64,000 nucleotides of DNA from Eledone cirrhosa. Taxonomy: Eukaryota. The position numbers and the translations under genes were made by a program. The notes under the pieces were generated by a model. The model saw nothing but the letters and a program-made list of their open reading frames with translations, searched no databases and had not been told where the DNA came from. Positions 25,979-38,477 of this stretch are shown here, piece by piece. Location of the stretch: positions 32,612,001 to 32,676,000 of the forward strand of contig OZ024750.1 in NCBI GenBank assembly GCA_964016885.1, written 5' to 3'. Each line of letters opens with the position of its first letter. Position 1 is the stretch's first letter.

Positions 25979-26524
25979 GTAATATATATATATACACACA
26001 CACACATATATATATTATACATATATATATATATAATGAAAATAAAAGTTGCAGGTGAAAGAGGGTAATATCCATTGTCAGTTGTCTGCTAAGAATCATA
26101 GGTATTTCTTCACATTACAGACAAGATACCTCAGCCTAGGGTGAACAATAACTAAAATAAGTTATTGGGATAAAAAAAGGGGGGGGGGGCGAGAGAGAAA
26201 AAAATGTAAAGAGACACGAAAGTTGAAGCAACGTAAAGAGAGGAAAAATATGAAGTCAACTCACTTTGAACATAAGTTCTGGTGAGTTTGAGGAGAGAAA
26301 AAAGATACGTCTTCACTGTAGCTGTGTGAGCGAGAGAATAAGACTGTTTACAGTGGCGGACGAGAGAGGAAGTGAGCTAACGGAGAGAGGGGGACTAACA
26401 GAGAGGGAGTGAGTGAAAGTAAGAGAAAGCAAGAAAGAGATAGTTATAGTGGCAGACTAGCCGAGAGAAGGTGGCTAGCAGAGGGGGTGAGCAAAAGTAA
26501 GGGAGAGGAGAGAGAAGGGGGAGA

Positions 26525-26571
<47 letters not shown>

Positions 26572-26659
26572 CATATAAATATATATATATATAAATATAT
26601 TCTCCTCCTTCTCTCTCCTATATATATATACACACACACACATATATATACACATAAAT

Positions 26660-26694
<35 letters not shown>

Positions 26695-26697
<3 letters not shown>

Positions 26698-27022
26698 AAG
26701 AGTTAAACAAGATTCAATGAGTATATCAGAGAATGAGTTTTACAGTAGATTGGAAGCACTCTACGGGAAAATAATTTTCCAGAGTTATTAATATTAAAAT
26801 ACAAATATTAATAAAATAGATGTCCTTTTGATCAATTACATTTTATTATACATATTTCGGAGGTACTACCTTGATTAAATCTTAACCATTTAACCTCTCA
26901 GGATATGTCATGTATCATTATATTTTGTCTGATGAGGACGTACTGTTGTACCTCCGAAATATGTATAATAAAATGTAATTGATCAAAAGAACATCTATTT
27001 TATTAATATTTGTATTTTAATA
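26695..27022 (-). mobile_element. Fold-back PLE-like insertion
   Basis: 26791-26867 mirrored by 26948-27022; tail with ACTCT..AGAGT stem on the minus strand; (TA)n flanks. Confidence 0.75.
26921..26975 (+). ncRNA. Type I hammerhead ribozyme
   Basis: ATTTTGT-CTGATGA-GGACGTAC-TGTT-GTACCTCC-GAAA-TATGT-ATA|ATAAAAT: all three stems and core present. Confidence 0.8.
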
Positions 27023-27313
27023 TATATATATATATATATCGAAATGTTGAAAATGAGGATGCTCTCGATGGAACAGGCAAGGTGAACGATATTGCTGGGT
27101 ATCGGACTCACAACACAAACATACAAATATGCAAATATACAAAAATTTAGTTGAACAAAGTGTGTTTTTTTTCTGTTTCTCTCAGAGTAAATGGTCAGTC
27201 ATAAATCTTCAGAATGTTCTTCTCTCCACAATGTAAACACTAGCAGGGAAAGTAGACATTACAACGATGATGGTGATGATAATGATATAAAGAGAATGAA
27301 GAAATAAACCCCC

Positions 27314-27526
27314 TTAACCCTTTCACATTTACTTTACTCTATATTTACTATTATATTTTCACAGCGAAGGCTTTATCTCACATAATGTTGAATGTATGAT
27401 ATTTTTATATTTATTTTGAGAACAATACTTTAACATCAGTATGAACAACCAGTTACAGCTGGTTTGAACAGAATAAGGTGAAAGAATTTTGACTGGACAT
27501 GACTGGTTCAAATACTAAAATGTTAA
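27314..27526. mobile_element. piggyBac-type MITE (diverged)
   Basis: TTAACCCTTT..; internal sequence is the reverse complement of 7367-7561. Confidence 0.65.
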
Positions 27527-27916
27527 AACAGAATATTAGGTTCATAAAGGAGTTAGTTGACCTATTAGAAATGGCAGTCAAATCTTCTTTAAATCACACC
27601 AAACCATCTAAATAATGGACACATTAGATGTGGTCAGAACTGGAATGCTTTTGATCATAGGGTTTGCTTGGAGCTAATCATCAACATCAGCAGCAACAAC
27701 AACAACAGATTATTGACAAAATAACAGTCAAAACCAGAGAGATAAGTTATGAGAGAATAAAAGAGAAAAGACATGATATTTTGTATTATCCTCATACATG
27801 TATAGGATACTGGTGGAGGCTAAATGGCGGCTCTTTCTTCTAAATAGCATTTTTTTATGGATTCCTTGTCATAACTGTCACATCAATTTCTTTGTATGTA
27901 TTATTATATTTCATCT

Positions 27917-28098
27917 GGATTGGCAGTATCATTAGAGGTTGGACGCCATGCTTTCCAGCATAGTTACGTCCCTTTACGATCTGAGTTCAAATCCCGCCGA
28001 GGTTGACTTTGCCTTTCATCCTTACGGAGTCTATAAAATAAAGTACCAGTAATGCACTGGGCAATTGCTGGTCTTGTGCCTAAAGTAGAAACAATTAT
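27917..28098 (+). mobile_element. SINE family A with TSD
   Basis: ATTATATTTCATCT on both sides. Confidence 0.88.
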
Positions 28099-28369
28099 AT
28101 TTCATCTATCATATATTTTGACTCTTTTCATGGTTTCAGTTATTTCTCTGAGGCCATGCTAAGGCACCACCTTCAAGGAATTTAGTCAACCACATTGATC
28201 CCAGTACTTATTTTAATCTGGTACTTATTTTTAAAAATATCTTTTTGCTGAATTACAGTCAAGTTTTCTTTTTAAAACAGTGGTTTTTGTCAAATGCATC
28301 AACACAAACATAGATACAATTACTTTCCTATACAGCCATCATCTGCCCTTTTTTAACCCTTCCCAACTG

Positions 28370-28580
28370 TGGTGGATTATCAGTAGAGCGTCAGACACCA
28401 TGTTTTGCAGCATAGAGTTACGGTCAATTATGGTCTGAGTTCAAATCCCGCTGAGGTTAGTTTTACCTTTCATCCTTACGAGGTCGATAAAATAAAGCAC
28501 CAGTAACATAGTGGGGTCGATTTAATTGACTTTCCCCTCCCCCAAATTTTCTGGTCTTATGCCTAAAGTAGAAACAATTA
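28370..28580 (+). mobile_element. SINE family A (long variant)
   Basis: Family A plus GGGGTCGATTTAATTGACTTTCCCCTCC segment. Confidence 0.85.
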
Positions 28581-29101
28581 TTTATATAATTAATTATGAA
28601 AACTTATTAAATTATTTATAAAATAAAAAAAAATATACAAAAATGTAGTTAAGTATCCATTTTGTCAGATGTCGTTAAAGGAAGGATTTAGTGAAGAACT
28701 AACAAAACTTCAAGACTACATACATATATACAAATATACAAACGGTTTCTTTTTGTTGTTGTTGTCTCTCTCTGATTAGTTCAGATTAGATCAGATCTCT
28801 CTTTACTCCACAATGTACACTCTTGTTGAAACTCTCTCTCTCTTTCTCTCTCTATATATATATATATAAACGAAAAAAATGAAACGAAATTTCATTTCCC
28901 ACTCTTAGTACTTATATATATGTGTGTGTGTGTGTGTGTGTTTGAGGTTGGTGTCAGGAAGAGCATCCAGCCATAGAAAACAAGCAAAAAATAAATTCAT
29001 ATAAGCATTACATTCACCTGACTTGACTTGGATATAGACATTAAATGAAGATGATGATGATGATGATAATAATTATATATACATATATATATATATAAAT
29101 A

Positions 29102-29443
29102 GAGGCACATGGCTTAGTGGTTAGAGCATTGGCCTTGCAATCGAAAGGTTGTGAGTTCAATTCTCAGACCGGGTGATGTGTTGTTTCCTTGAACAAGACA
29201 CTTTATTTCACATTGCTCCAGTTTACTCAGCTGTAGAAATGAGATGATAGGATTGGAGTCCTATCATTCCACTGCAAAGTGGTCGTGTAGGTGCCACGGA
29301 AAAAAAGCACCCAGCACTCACTCTAAATGAGGTTGGTGTTAGGAAGGGCATCCAGCTGTAGAAATCAAGCCAGAATCAGTTCCCGTCCCACCCTTGCAAG
29401 CAGGGAAAAGCGGACGTAAAATGATGATGATGATGATGATGAT
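29102..29443 (+). mobile_element. SINE family B
   Basis: Full length, TA flanks. Confidence 0.92.
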
Positions 29444-29600
29444 ATATCTATATATATATTACAGAAAATGCCATCATCAACATTTATCCAAGAGATAGCA
29501 ACATGAATGGAGCTGTTATTTTTCTCTAAAAGTTTATTCTCTATTTCTGACTTGCCCCTCTCCTCAATCTTCCTATTTTTTTCTTTAATTTCTCAATCTT

Positions 29601-29636
29601 TCTTCTGATGAAGGACTAGTGTCCGAAACGTTTAGA
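29601..29636 (+). ncRNA. Minimal type I hammerhead ribozyme (PLE-type)
   Basis: CTGATGA-A-GGAC-TAGT-GTCC-GAAACGTTT; 3' tail to about 29722 ends at (TA)n. Confidence 0.75.
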
Positions 29637-29725
29637 TTGTTTTCCTACTACAAGTGTAAAACTAATAATATATTTCTTCATTTTACTGTACTGTTGCGTT
29701 TTTATTCCTGTTTGACATTTGCATA

Positions 29726-29758
<33 letters not shown>

Positions 29759-29988
29759 GTATGTATATATATAAAACTAACAATTAGTTTTATTGCTCTA
29801 CATAGCTGAATACAAGAAATGTAAATCTGAGAGTTTCAAATATTAATGATAATATTCGATTTATTTGCAATCATGCAAACATCCTCTTTAAAGTCATGTC
29901 AGTAGAATGATTCCGTCATTCTTGCATTTTTGCTCTATTTGGCCAAATGTTATTATTATCATTTGAAAAGCACAGATTTATATTTCTT

Positions 29989-30070
<82 letters not shown>

Positions 30071-30091
30071 ATATATATATATATACATATA

Positions 30092-30178
<87 letters not shown>

Positions 30179-30578
30179 ACATGTGTATATAAATATAAAT
30201 ATATATATATTAATATATAATGAGATTCCAGGTTTGATCACACAGCATGCCATCCTGAACAAATGTCATTGATCATAGTTTCAAGATAATCCAATGAAAC
30301 TGGATAGGTGGAAACAGTGTTGAAAGTTGTCAGTTAGAATTTAGGTGTATTTCAATGGTTTAGCCATATCACAGATTGTGTCACAAAGATTCTGCCTGGA
30401 AATTATGGTAAGGTTACATGTGCCTGTGGAATATGCAGCCAATTTCATGCTAATTTAACATATCAGACATTCAGTTGATAGAACAAGTGAATTCTCATAG
30501 TCAAACCCAACAGAGAAAATCACATAATCGCATACGATATATACTTAATATGACATATATTTACATTTATATATATAT

Positions 30579-30625
<47 letters not shown>

Positions 30626-30628
<3 letters not shown>

Positions 30629-31016
30629 TCATCATCATCATCATCAACGTTTAACGTCCGTGTTCCACGCTTGCATGGGTTTGGACGGGGGTAGTCCCAC
30701 TTGAGGCAAGAGTGATTGTCTTGCTCGCATAGGACTGTCTGGCAGGTTTTCTACAGTTGGATGCCCTTCCTAACACCAACCACATTTACAGTGTGGGTCT
30801 GGGAGGTTTTTACCGTGTTGCCTACACGGCCACATTACAGCGTGGACTGTGTGTTTTTTTGTCGTGACACCTACACGATCTCATTTGTTTCGGCCTCGAT
30901 GGCGCGGCACCAACATAACTTTACATAGAACGGGGTGGTGTGGATCGGGTGGGGGTGGTGGGACGGGGTGTATTTGTTAGAGATGCCTACTGGCTGGAGT
31001 AGGTTTTACTATATAT
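30626..31016 (-). mobile_element. RTE family B 3' UTR and (GAT)n tail
   Basis: Directly downstream of the ORF stop at 31017; same arrangement at 24645-25378. Confidence 0.88.
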
Positions 31017-32411
31017 TTAGGTAAGGCGGGTCTTCTCTGTTACTGAGTACCGCCAAAGGTCTCGGTCCAGTGACATTGTCTTGGAGAGGTGTAAGTGTGT
31101 GATGTCGGAGTTTATCAGCTCGTCCCAGGTTTTTCTAGGTCTGCCTATTCCGTGACTACCGTCTATCTTTATTGCCCTGCACTTTGTTATACAGCTATCG
31201 ACTTTCATGCGCATCACGTGTCCATACCAACGTAGCCTTCTCTCGAGTAAACAACATCTGATCCCTCTTATCTCTAATTTATTCCTTAGTTCGTTTATGC
31301 TTTGCCGTTCACGTATATTACTGTTACACATCCAGCGGAGCATGCAAGCTTCGTTCCTCTCTAGTCTGCGTATATCCTCTGCACACAATGCCCAGGTCTC
31401 ACTGCCATGCAGCATTGCTGTTCGTATGCAGGCATCGTACAACCTGCCTTTCATTTTTAGTGAGAACCCTTTAGCAGCTAATAGTGGTATAAGCTCTCTG
31501 AACTTTTTCCAACCAGTTCTGACTCTAGCTACAGTACTTTCAGAGCACCCTCCCCCACTGCTGATTTTATCGCCCAGGTAACGGAAGCTGTCCACTATTT
31601 CTATAGAACCCTCTGCGCAATTGAAAGAGCTAGTAGTTTGTGGGCACTTGCTGCTACTTATTGCACCAGAGCACCGGCCACATGTAAAATCTATGTTCTT
31701 AGTTAGCCTACCTGTGATCCCACTACATCTTTTATGCACCCATACTTTGCATTTAGGACATAAAATGGAGTTTCTACCTACGCCTTTCCTACACACCGAG
31801 CACGACCATTTCCCAGAAGGGACCGCCGCCTTGTTTTCTTTCCTACAAACTAGTACTTTGGTCTTAGCCAGGTTAATTTTAAGTCCTTTTGACTCTAGGC
31901 CGTGCTTCCATGTTTGGAATTTCTTCTCTAGCTCGGCCATTGATTCCGCTATGAGTGTCAGGTCGTCTGCGTATAGGAGTTCCCATGGGCAGCCTGTCTT
32001 GAACTCCTCTGTTATGGCCTGAAGGGCAATAATAAATAGTAGTGGACTGAGAACAGAGCCCTGATGGACGCCGACTTTTACGCTAAACTCTTCACTATAT
32101 TCGTTGTTAATTCTAACCTTGCTGACTGTTTCTTTATACATGGCTTGTATAGCCCTCACAAGCCATTCGTCAACGCCTAGTTTTCTAAGAGCCCACCAGA
32201 TAATGGAGCGGGGGACTCTGTCGAAGGCTTTCTCCAAGTCGACAAAAGCTAAGTAGAGGGGTTTACCTTTAGCTAGGTACTTCTCTTGTAGTTGTCGTAC
32301 TATGAAAAGAGCGTCTGTGGTACTTTTGCCTGACACAAACCCGAACTGCATTTCATCTAGGTCAATTCTCTCTCTGATTAGTTGCGCTATTACTCTTTCC
32401 GTGACCTTCAT
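31017..32411 (-). CDS. RTE-clade LINE (family B) RT ORF, 5'-truncated, PHD finger inside RT
   Basis: MKVTERV..QFGF..DLEKAFD..GVHQGSVLSP..YADD..FRYLG..GRPRKTW; the first about 30 aa of the tracked ORF (to 32501) are only TA microsatellite. Confidence 0.93.
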   Translation of the reverse strand: MKVTERVIAQLIRERIDLDEMQFGFVSGKSTTDALFIVRQLQEKYLAKGKPLYLAFVDLEKAFDRVPRSIIWWALRKLGVDEWLVRAIQAMYKETVSKVRINNEYSEEFSVKVGVHQGSVLSPLLFIIALQAITEEFKTGCPWELLYADDLTLIAESMAELEKKFQTWKHGLESKGLKINLAKTKVLVCRKENKAAVPSGKWSCSVCRKGVGRNSILCPKCKVWVHKRCSGITGRLTKNIDFTCGRCSGAISSSKCPQTTSSFNCAEGSIEIVDSFRYLGDKISSGGGCSESTVARVRTGWKKFRELIPLLAAKGFSLKMKGRLYDACIRTAMLHGSETWALCAEDIRRLERNEACMLRWMCNSNIRERQSINELRNKLEIRGIRCCLLERRLRWYGHVMRMKVDSCITKCRAIKIDGSHGIGRPRKTWDELINSDITHLHLSKTMSLDRDLWRYSVTEKTRLT

Positions 32412-32499
32412 GTATATATATATATATATATATATGTATAAATATATATTTATATATATGTATGTATGAAAAAAAAAATATATATATATATATATATGC

Positions 32500-32937
32500 A
32501 AAAGTTCTATTTAAATTGTTGGGATACAACAAGCAAATATTTTTATAACTGATATAAAGCACTCAACAAGTATTTGGAGTAAATATACGATATTAACAAA
32601 TGGAAATTATATTTATAAAACCATATCTATTTTATTATACATATTTCAAGGATACCATGTTAAATTATGGTATGCTTTCATCAGACAAAATACAATATAT
32701 ACCAGTTTTATAAATAAATATTGACATACCCTTACAAAATGCAACCATTACTTTTGGATGTCTTCCAAAAGTAATGGTTGCATTTTGTAAGGGTATGTCA
32801 ATATTTATTTATAAAACTGATATATATATTGTATTTTGTCTGATGAAAGCATACCATAATTTAACATGGTATCCTTGAAATATGTATAATAAAATAGATA
32901 TGGTTTTATAAATATAGTTTCCATTTGTTAATATCAT
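32500..32937 (-). mobile_element. Fold-back PLE-like insertion with hammerheads in both arms
   Basis: About 170-bp arms centred near 32760; tail 32500-32588 with ACTC..GAGT stem. Confidence 0.78.
32832..32896 (+). ncRNA. Type I hammerhead ribozyme
   Basis: TATTTTGT-CTGATGA-AAGCATACCAT..ATGGTATCCTT-GAAA-TATGT-ATA|ATAAAATA; mirror copy on the minus strand at about 32626-32690. Confidence 0.78.
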
Positions 32938-34208
32938 ATATATATATATATATTTTTACAATAGGTTTCTGAGCTGTTTCTGTCTACCAAATCCTACTCA
33001 ACTAGCATTTGGCAATACAAAGCCACAGCAGGCAATGCAAGGCCACAGTGGGCAGCACTGGCCTCAGGTACTGCATGGTAGGAGATTAACCCCAAATCAG
33101 ATGGTTCCAAAAGGAACTTCTTAACCACACAGCCATTGCATTATCATGGAAACACATGTATATAACTGCAGGCTAAATAACTGCCATTTCTTCTAAATTG
33201 CCTTGCTTTATGTACTCATTGTCATGGTTGTCACATCAATGCTCTTTGTTATTACATCTCATCAGCTATGTTTCAATTACAAAAAACTATTAGGATGTTG
33301 ATTCACCTGAGGACAGATCTCTTAATGAGAATGGAAGTTGTGATAAAGACATGATATATCTCTAACTGATTGTAGCTATCAACCCAAAGTTTGCTGTTGA
33401 AAAATAACAGAAAACATAGAAATAAGAAGGAAGAATTAAAATAAATAAGGAAAAACATGTTTAAAAAAAAAATGTTTTATCACAATAATCTCAACTCTGT
33501 AAATATGAGATTTCTTCTATTTTTATTCTTTTTTTTTATCTTTGTTGGTTTTTTTTTTTTCTTTTTCAATCATCATCAATAATATCTTTCTTCTTCTCCT
33601 TTTTTCCCCGATTTCATAGTTCCCCAAATTTCCAGATTGAAATCTTATCAAGTAATTTCTTTTTTAATTGTTGTGTTATTTAACAAATAAAGATGCAAAT
33701 ATAAAAACTATGTAGTAAAACTATCTCTCTTTCTCTCTTTCTTTCTTTCTTTCCCTCTCTCTCACTCTCCCTCTATATATCTATCAATCTATCTCTTCTT
33801 CTTCTTTGTCTCATAAACTCTCTTTCTCTTTCTTCTCTTACAAATTCTCTCTCTTTCTTTATCTCATAAACTCTCTCTTACATCCTTCATTGTCTCACAA
33901 ACTCCAACACACCATACATATATACATTTCTCTATTACTTAAGGCAGTATGTGATGTCACGCTGACCTGACAGTTTTTCGCTGAAATAATTAAATAATGA
34001 TTTCCTTCTGACAAAGAAGAAAAAAAAGATAGCAGAAAATGATTTGCAAAACTCCAATGTTCATGCATTTCCCAAGAATATTAGCCACTTAAATATAATA
34101 CTTTTCTTTTAACTAAGAATCAAAACAGGCTTTCAAGAAGCTTGCCTCAGATTCTATAATTAAAAAAGCCAGAAATCTTTATTTGTTTCTCACTGCATGG
34201 TACAATGT

Positions 34209-34422
34209 ACTCCCAAAGATCAACTCCATACTACAAACTACTCCAAAAGCTCAACTCCATACAACAAACTACTCCCAAAGATCAACTCCATACAACAAAC
34301 TACACCCAGAGATCAATTCCATACAACAAACTACAACCAAGGCTCAACTCCATACTACAAACTACAACCAAGGCTCAATTTCGTTCAACAAACTACAACT
34401 AAAGCTCAACTCCATACAACAT
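34209..34422. repeat. 31-bp minisatellite, about 7 copies
   Basis: Unit approximately TCAACTCCATACAACAAACTACTCCCAAAGA. Confidence 0.92.
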
Positions 34423-34849
34423 TATACAATGCAAATAGTTAAAAGAGAAAATCCAGGCATGAAATAATACAAAGCTGTTCTACATATGTTTATCCGATAA
34501 ATTTCACTTCCTTAGAAAAAAAAAACAGTTGTTGTATGATGTATATAAAATTCCATCTGTCTTAGAAACTGACAATGTGAAAACATCGGAGAACATTAGC
34601 ATACAGTAAGAGAAGCAGATTGTAGATAATAATCCAGAGATAATTTCTCACGACAATGGTCTATTAATAAGACATAGCAATACCTAATGACTATAACGAT
34701 GTCTAAAAGCAATTCAAAAGCTAAGGAATTATACCAACTTAATAGTTGAATAAATATAAAAACATTATGACAGTTAAGAAATGTATCCATCATCCTATTT
34801 GTAAATTATACAAGTGAAATTATATACAACTACTTCTGGAAAGACATTG

Positions 34850-35120
34850 ATAGATTATCATAGAAAAACAGACAGAGAGATATCACAGGGAATAGACATG
34901 GAGATATTAGAGAGAATACATAGAGAGATATTGTAGAAAATATATATAGAGATATATAAAAGATACAGAGGGATATTATAGAGATATTATATAGGGATAT
35001 TATAGAAAATAGATAGAGGGACATTATAGAAAATAGCCAGAGAGATATTATAGAAAATAGAAAGAGGGATATTATAGATAATAAATAGAGAGATATTACA
35101 GATAATAGATAGTGAGATAT
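34850..35120. repeat. Degenerate 24-bp minisatellite
   Basis: Unit approximately GAGAGATATTATAGAAAATAGATA. Confidence 0.8.
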
Positions 35121-35254
35121 AAAAAATAAAAAGTCTGGAATCACTAAATATTGTCAAACAACATTTCTTAACATTGAATATCTTTATGAATGTTTTACAC
35201 AATGTACAACTTTTATTTTCTGTGTTAAAAAGGAAACTCATGTATTTTTGAAAT

Positions 35255-35416
35255 TATTATTATTATTATTGATATTATTGTTCTTTGAGTCTCAGTCATT
35301 GATGTTATTTAACTGGAAAGTTTGTTGAAATGAATATCAAGCCATTACCTGCAGCCTCAGATATTCAGGACGTATCGGAGGGTTCTTGCTGTTCCCAGCA
35401 AGCATGCCTTTTGAAG
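35255..35416 (-). mobile_element. R4/Dong 3' terminal fragment
   Basis: Minus strand LQKACLLGTARTLRYVLNI*, then (TAA)n; TAA/CAA repeats on both sides. Confidence 0.7.
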
Positions 35417-35452
35417 TGTTGTTGTTGTTATTATTATTATTATTATTATTAA

Positions 35453-35675
35453 AGGCGGTGGATTGGCAGTATCAGAGGAGGGTGGGGCGCCATGCTTTGC
35501 AGCATACAGTTTTGTCCCTTTATGGTCTGAATTCAAATCCCGCCGAGGTTAACTTTACCTTTCATCCTTACGGGGGTCGATAAAATAAAGTACCAGTAAT
35601 GCATTGGGGTCGATTTAATCGACTTTCTTCCTCCCCTTCAAATTGCTGACCTTGTGTTTATACTAGAAATCATTA
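35453..35675 (+). mobile_element. SINE family A (long variant)
   Basis: Family A consensus. Confidence 0.85.
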
Positions 35676-35874
35676 TTATTGTTGTTGTTGTTTTACACTT
35701 GTCACATAGCATTTTTTTGCTGGTGATGTAATACTAGGGCCAGCTGTCCACAACTAGTGAACTGAGGTGGCACCTCCAATTGTCTAGCACTTTTCTAAAT
35801 ATTCTGGTAGTTCCAATGTATCATTTTCTATAAAAGCCCAACCTTGATGTTGGCTCCAATCTTTTTCAAATAGT

Positions 35875-36220
35875 TTCGGTGGATGTGCAATGTTTATCCA
35901 AGGAAATGACAGAGAATGACAGAGCTTGGAGGAACTGAGAGTAAAAGTAGGTATAAGAGAAATCAGGAGTGGTGTTGAAGGGAGAAGACAGCATTGGTAT
36001 GTACATGTGAAGTGTATGGATGGTGACCTCTGGGTGAAAGATTGTTAAGAAATCCCAGAGGAAGGAAGTTGCAATACAGTAAGGCCCAAGGAAGAACGGA
36101 GATGAGTTTGTGAGTGCTGGTTTTAAATTGCTGAAACTCACAGCAGAGATAATGAAGGTTCGTGACATGTGGAAATATGTTGTGGAAAAACGGATGTAAG
36201 ATGATGATGATGATGATGAT
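35875..36220 (+). mobile_element. Decayed RTE 3' fragment
   Basis: RWMCNV..ELRVKVGIREIRSGVEGRRQHWYVHV; GAT tail. Confidence 0.7.
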
Positions 36221-36946
36221 TGGAACATTACATAACAACATTTCTTAAATATAATTCTAGTGGAAGGTTATAATACAAGTATGAACATTTTAAAACAGTA
36301 AGTGTTATAGTATATAACCAGGTGCAATTTAAAGCAGACTGGTATCAAAAGAATTAAGCCACAAGTGTAACTGGGACATTGCCAAACTAGATTTTAAGAA
36401 GCCTGAATGGTGGAGAGAATATATTATTGGTTAGCAGAAGAATGTCAATTAAATAACAACTTCCAGCCCCATTCAACATAGTAGACACTTTAAGGTGTTA
36501 CGGTAGTTATTTTTACTCTAATATCCATAGAGGACTAAAGAGAAATGGATGATAAGTATGTGTTAAGGTGGTTTACATATAAATCCTGCCAAAACCAACT
36601 TAACCTTTCATCTGTTTGAGAGGGTCAATAAATGTAAGTATTAATAAGTAGCATTAAGATGAAGTAGTTGATGATTAAACTTTATCTATTAAGTTAGTTT
36701 TGTGTGGATAATTATAAGTGTTTGAAATTGTTGAATTGTGTGTTTGAATTTAATAGAACCAAATACTATTGCTATCCAGAAACAATAACATCAACAACAA
36801 CAACGACAACAAAAACAAAAAATATCCACTTGCCTAAAGCATTATGTCCATTTAAAAACACATCATTTGTTGATATTATTGGAATTGTTATATAAACCAT
36901 TTTACCGTTTTCTTTACCATATTTCAATTATTAAGATGGTATTTCT

Positions 36947-37329
36947 TGGGTAAAGACCAAAAGAATACGACAGCAAATAAAAGTGGCCAAAATGTGGCTC
37001 TTCTGAAGGATCTTTGGAGTAATGTCACTCAATAGCGTGCACAGCTCGGGGATCAGAGAGTCACTCCAGGTAGAGAGATCACAACTCCGATACTTTGGCC
37101 ATATGATTAGAATGGCTAAGGAAAGAATCGCTGGACAGATTTTAAGGACAAAACCAACTGGCAGGAGACCTACGAGCAAACCCCGAGCAGGAAGGTTGGA
37201 TAACATTCATAAAGCTTAGCTAGTCTCGTCTGAGGATCCAGCTGGATCACTTGGAGATGGATGATTCTGACATGACCCACTGCAAGGAATATTTCAGGTC
37301 TGTACCACCACAACCATCTCAGAAATAAG
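36947..37329 (+). mobile_element. RTE 3' fragment (distinct family) with 14-bp TSD
   Basis: IRESLQVERSQLRYFGHMIRM..PTGRRPTSKPR; AAGATGGTATTTCT at 36933-36946 and 37330-37343. Confidence 0.8.
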
Positions 37330-37385
37330 AAGATGGTATTTCTAACATAACAAAAGGTTCTTTTATATAATTATGTTGGAATATA

Positions 37386-37568
37386 ATAATTGTTTCTACT
37401 TTAGGCACAAGGCCAGCAATTACCCAGTGCATTACTGGTACTTTATTTTATCGACCCTGTAAGGATGAAAGGCAAAGTCAACCTTGGCGGGATTTGAACT
37501 CAGATCGTAAAGGGACGTAACTATGCTGGAAAGCATGGCGTCCGACCCTCTACCGATACTGCCAATCC
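37386..37568 (-). mobile_element. SINE family A
   Basis: Reverse complement, close to consensus. Confidence 0.88.
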
Positions 37569-37838
37569 ATTATATCAGAACCATTTAAAATGTATGGCTG
37601 TGTTCCATGGTAATAGGGTTTTGGGGAGAGTTGGTATTAAATGTGTTAAAACTCCAAAATGAGTTGAATATTAAAAACTAAAAGTCTTCTGGAAGATTTC
37701 TCAAGAATCATAGATATTTTTAGTGTCACTTTTTATATATCTCTTAAACCATGGTAAAGATTGTAATTTTCTAAATTATACACACACATTCATATATATA
37801 TATATATAAGCACTGTACATACATCTAAACACATACAC

Positions 37839-38215
37839 AAGACAATGACACACGACCGTGACTTCTGGCGTCACACAGTAATACAGGATACCCGACCTCC
37901 CATGGGTACAAGCTGAAGCATATAGACAATATGCCCCCACACCCCCCACCGCAAGGTGGTCGTGGAGGTGCCACGGCAAAAAAGCACCCAGCCCACACTG
38001 TAAAGTGGATGTGTAGGCGCCACGAAAAAGCACCCAGCACTCACTGTAAATGAAGTTGGTGTTAGGAAGGGCATCCAGCTGTAGAAATCAAGCCAGATCA
38101 GTTCCTGTATGAGCAAGGCATGGTCAGCCGACCAGACACTGCCCACAACAGGACAACCCGTCTAACCCATGCTAGCGTGGAAGAACGGACGTAAAACGGT
38201 GATGATGATGATGAT
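37839..38215 (+). mobile_element. RTE family C 3' end (ORF end + UTR)
   Basis: KTMTHDRDFWRHTVIQDTRPP resembles family B KTMSLDRDLWRYSVTEKTRL; near-identical copy 55450-55825; GAT tail. Confidence 0.8.
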
Positions 38216-38291
38216 ACATAGATTAGGTATACAATATGTTAAAAGAGTATAGATATATTCATTTTATCATAGAAATGACTGTTTATTAAGG

Positions 38292-38333
<42 letters not shown>

Positions 38334-38436
38334 GTGTGTGTGTGTGTTTGTATGTACTGTGCCTTTTATTTGAACCTGATGATTTACACCATTGATACTA
38401 GGAATTCCCTACAACGATCAGAGATTAATTAAATAC

Positions 38437-38477
38437 CTCCAAAAGACGTTCAACAGCAATACACTGACTGCATATAC
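38437..38477 (-). CDS. Candidate 41-nt internal exon of an unidentified host gene
   Basis: Minus strand CTAAC branch point, ATCTTTATTTAAG| acceptor, exon open as (G)ICSQCIAVERLLE, GAG|GTATTT donor; lies in non-repetitive sequence. Confidence 0.3.

Noticed and set aside
27829-27842. YY1-like AAATGGCGGC promoter motif
   Set aside because: It lies in a dispersed repeat also seen at about 33170; no other promoter evidence.
29102-29175. tRNA genes at SINE heads
   Set aside because: A/B boxes are present but there is no closed acceptor stem, and they always continue into the SINE body.
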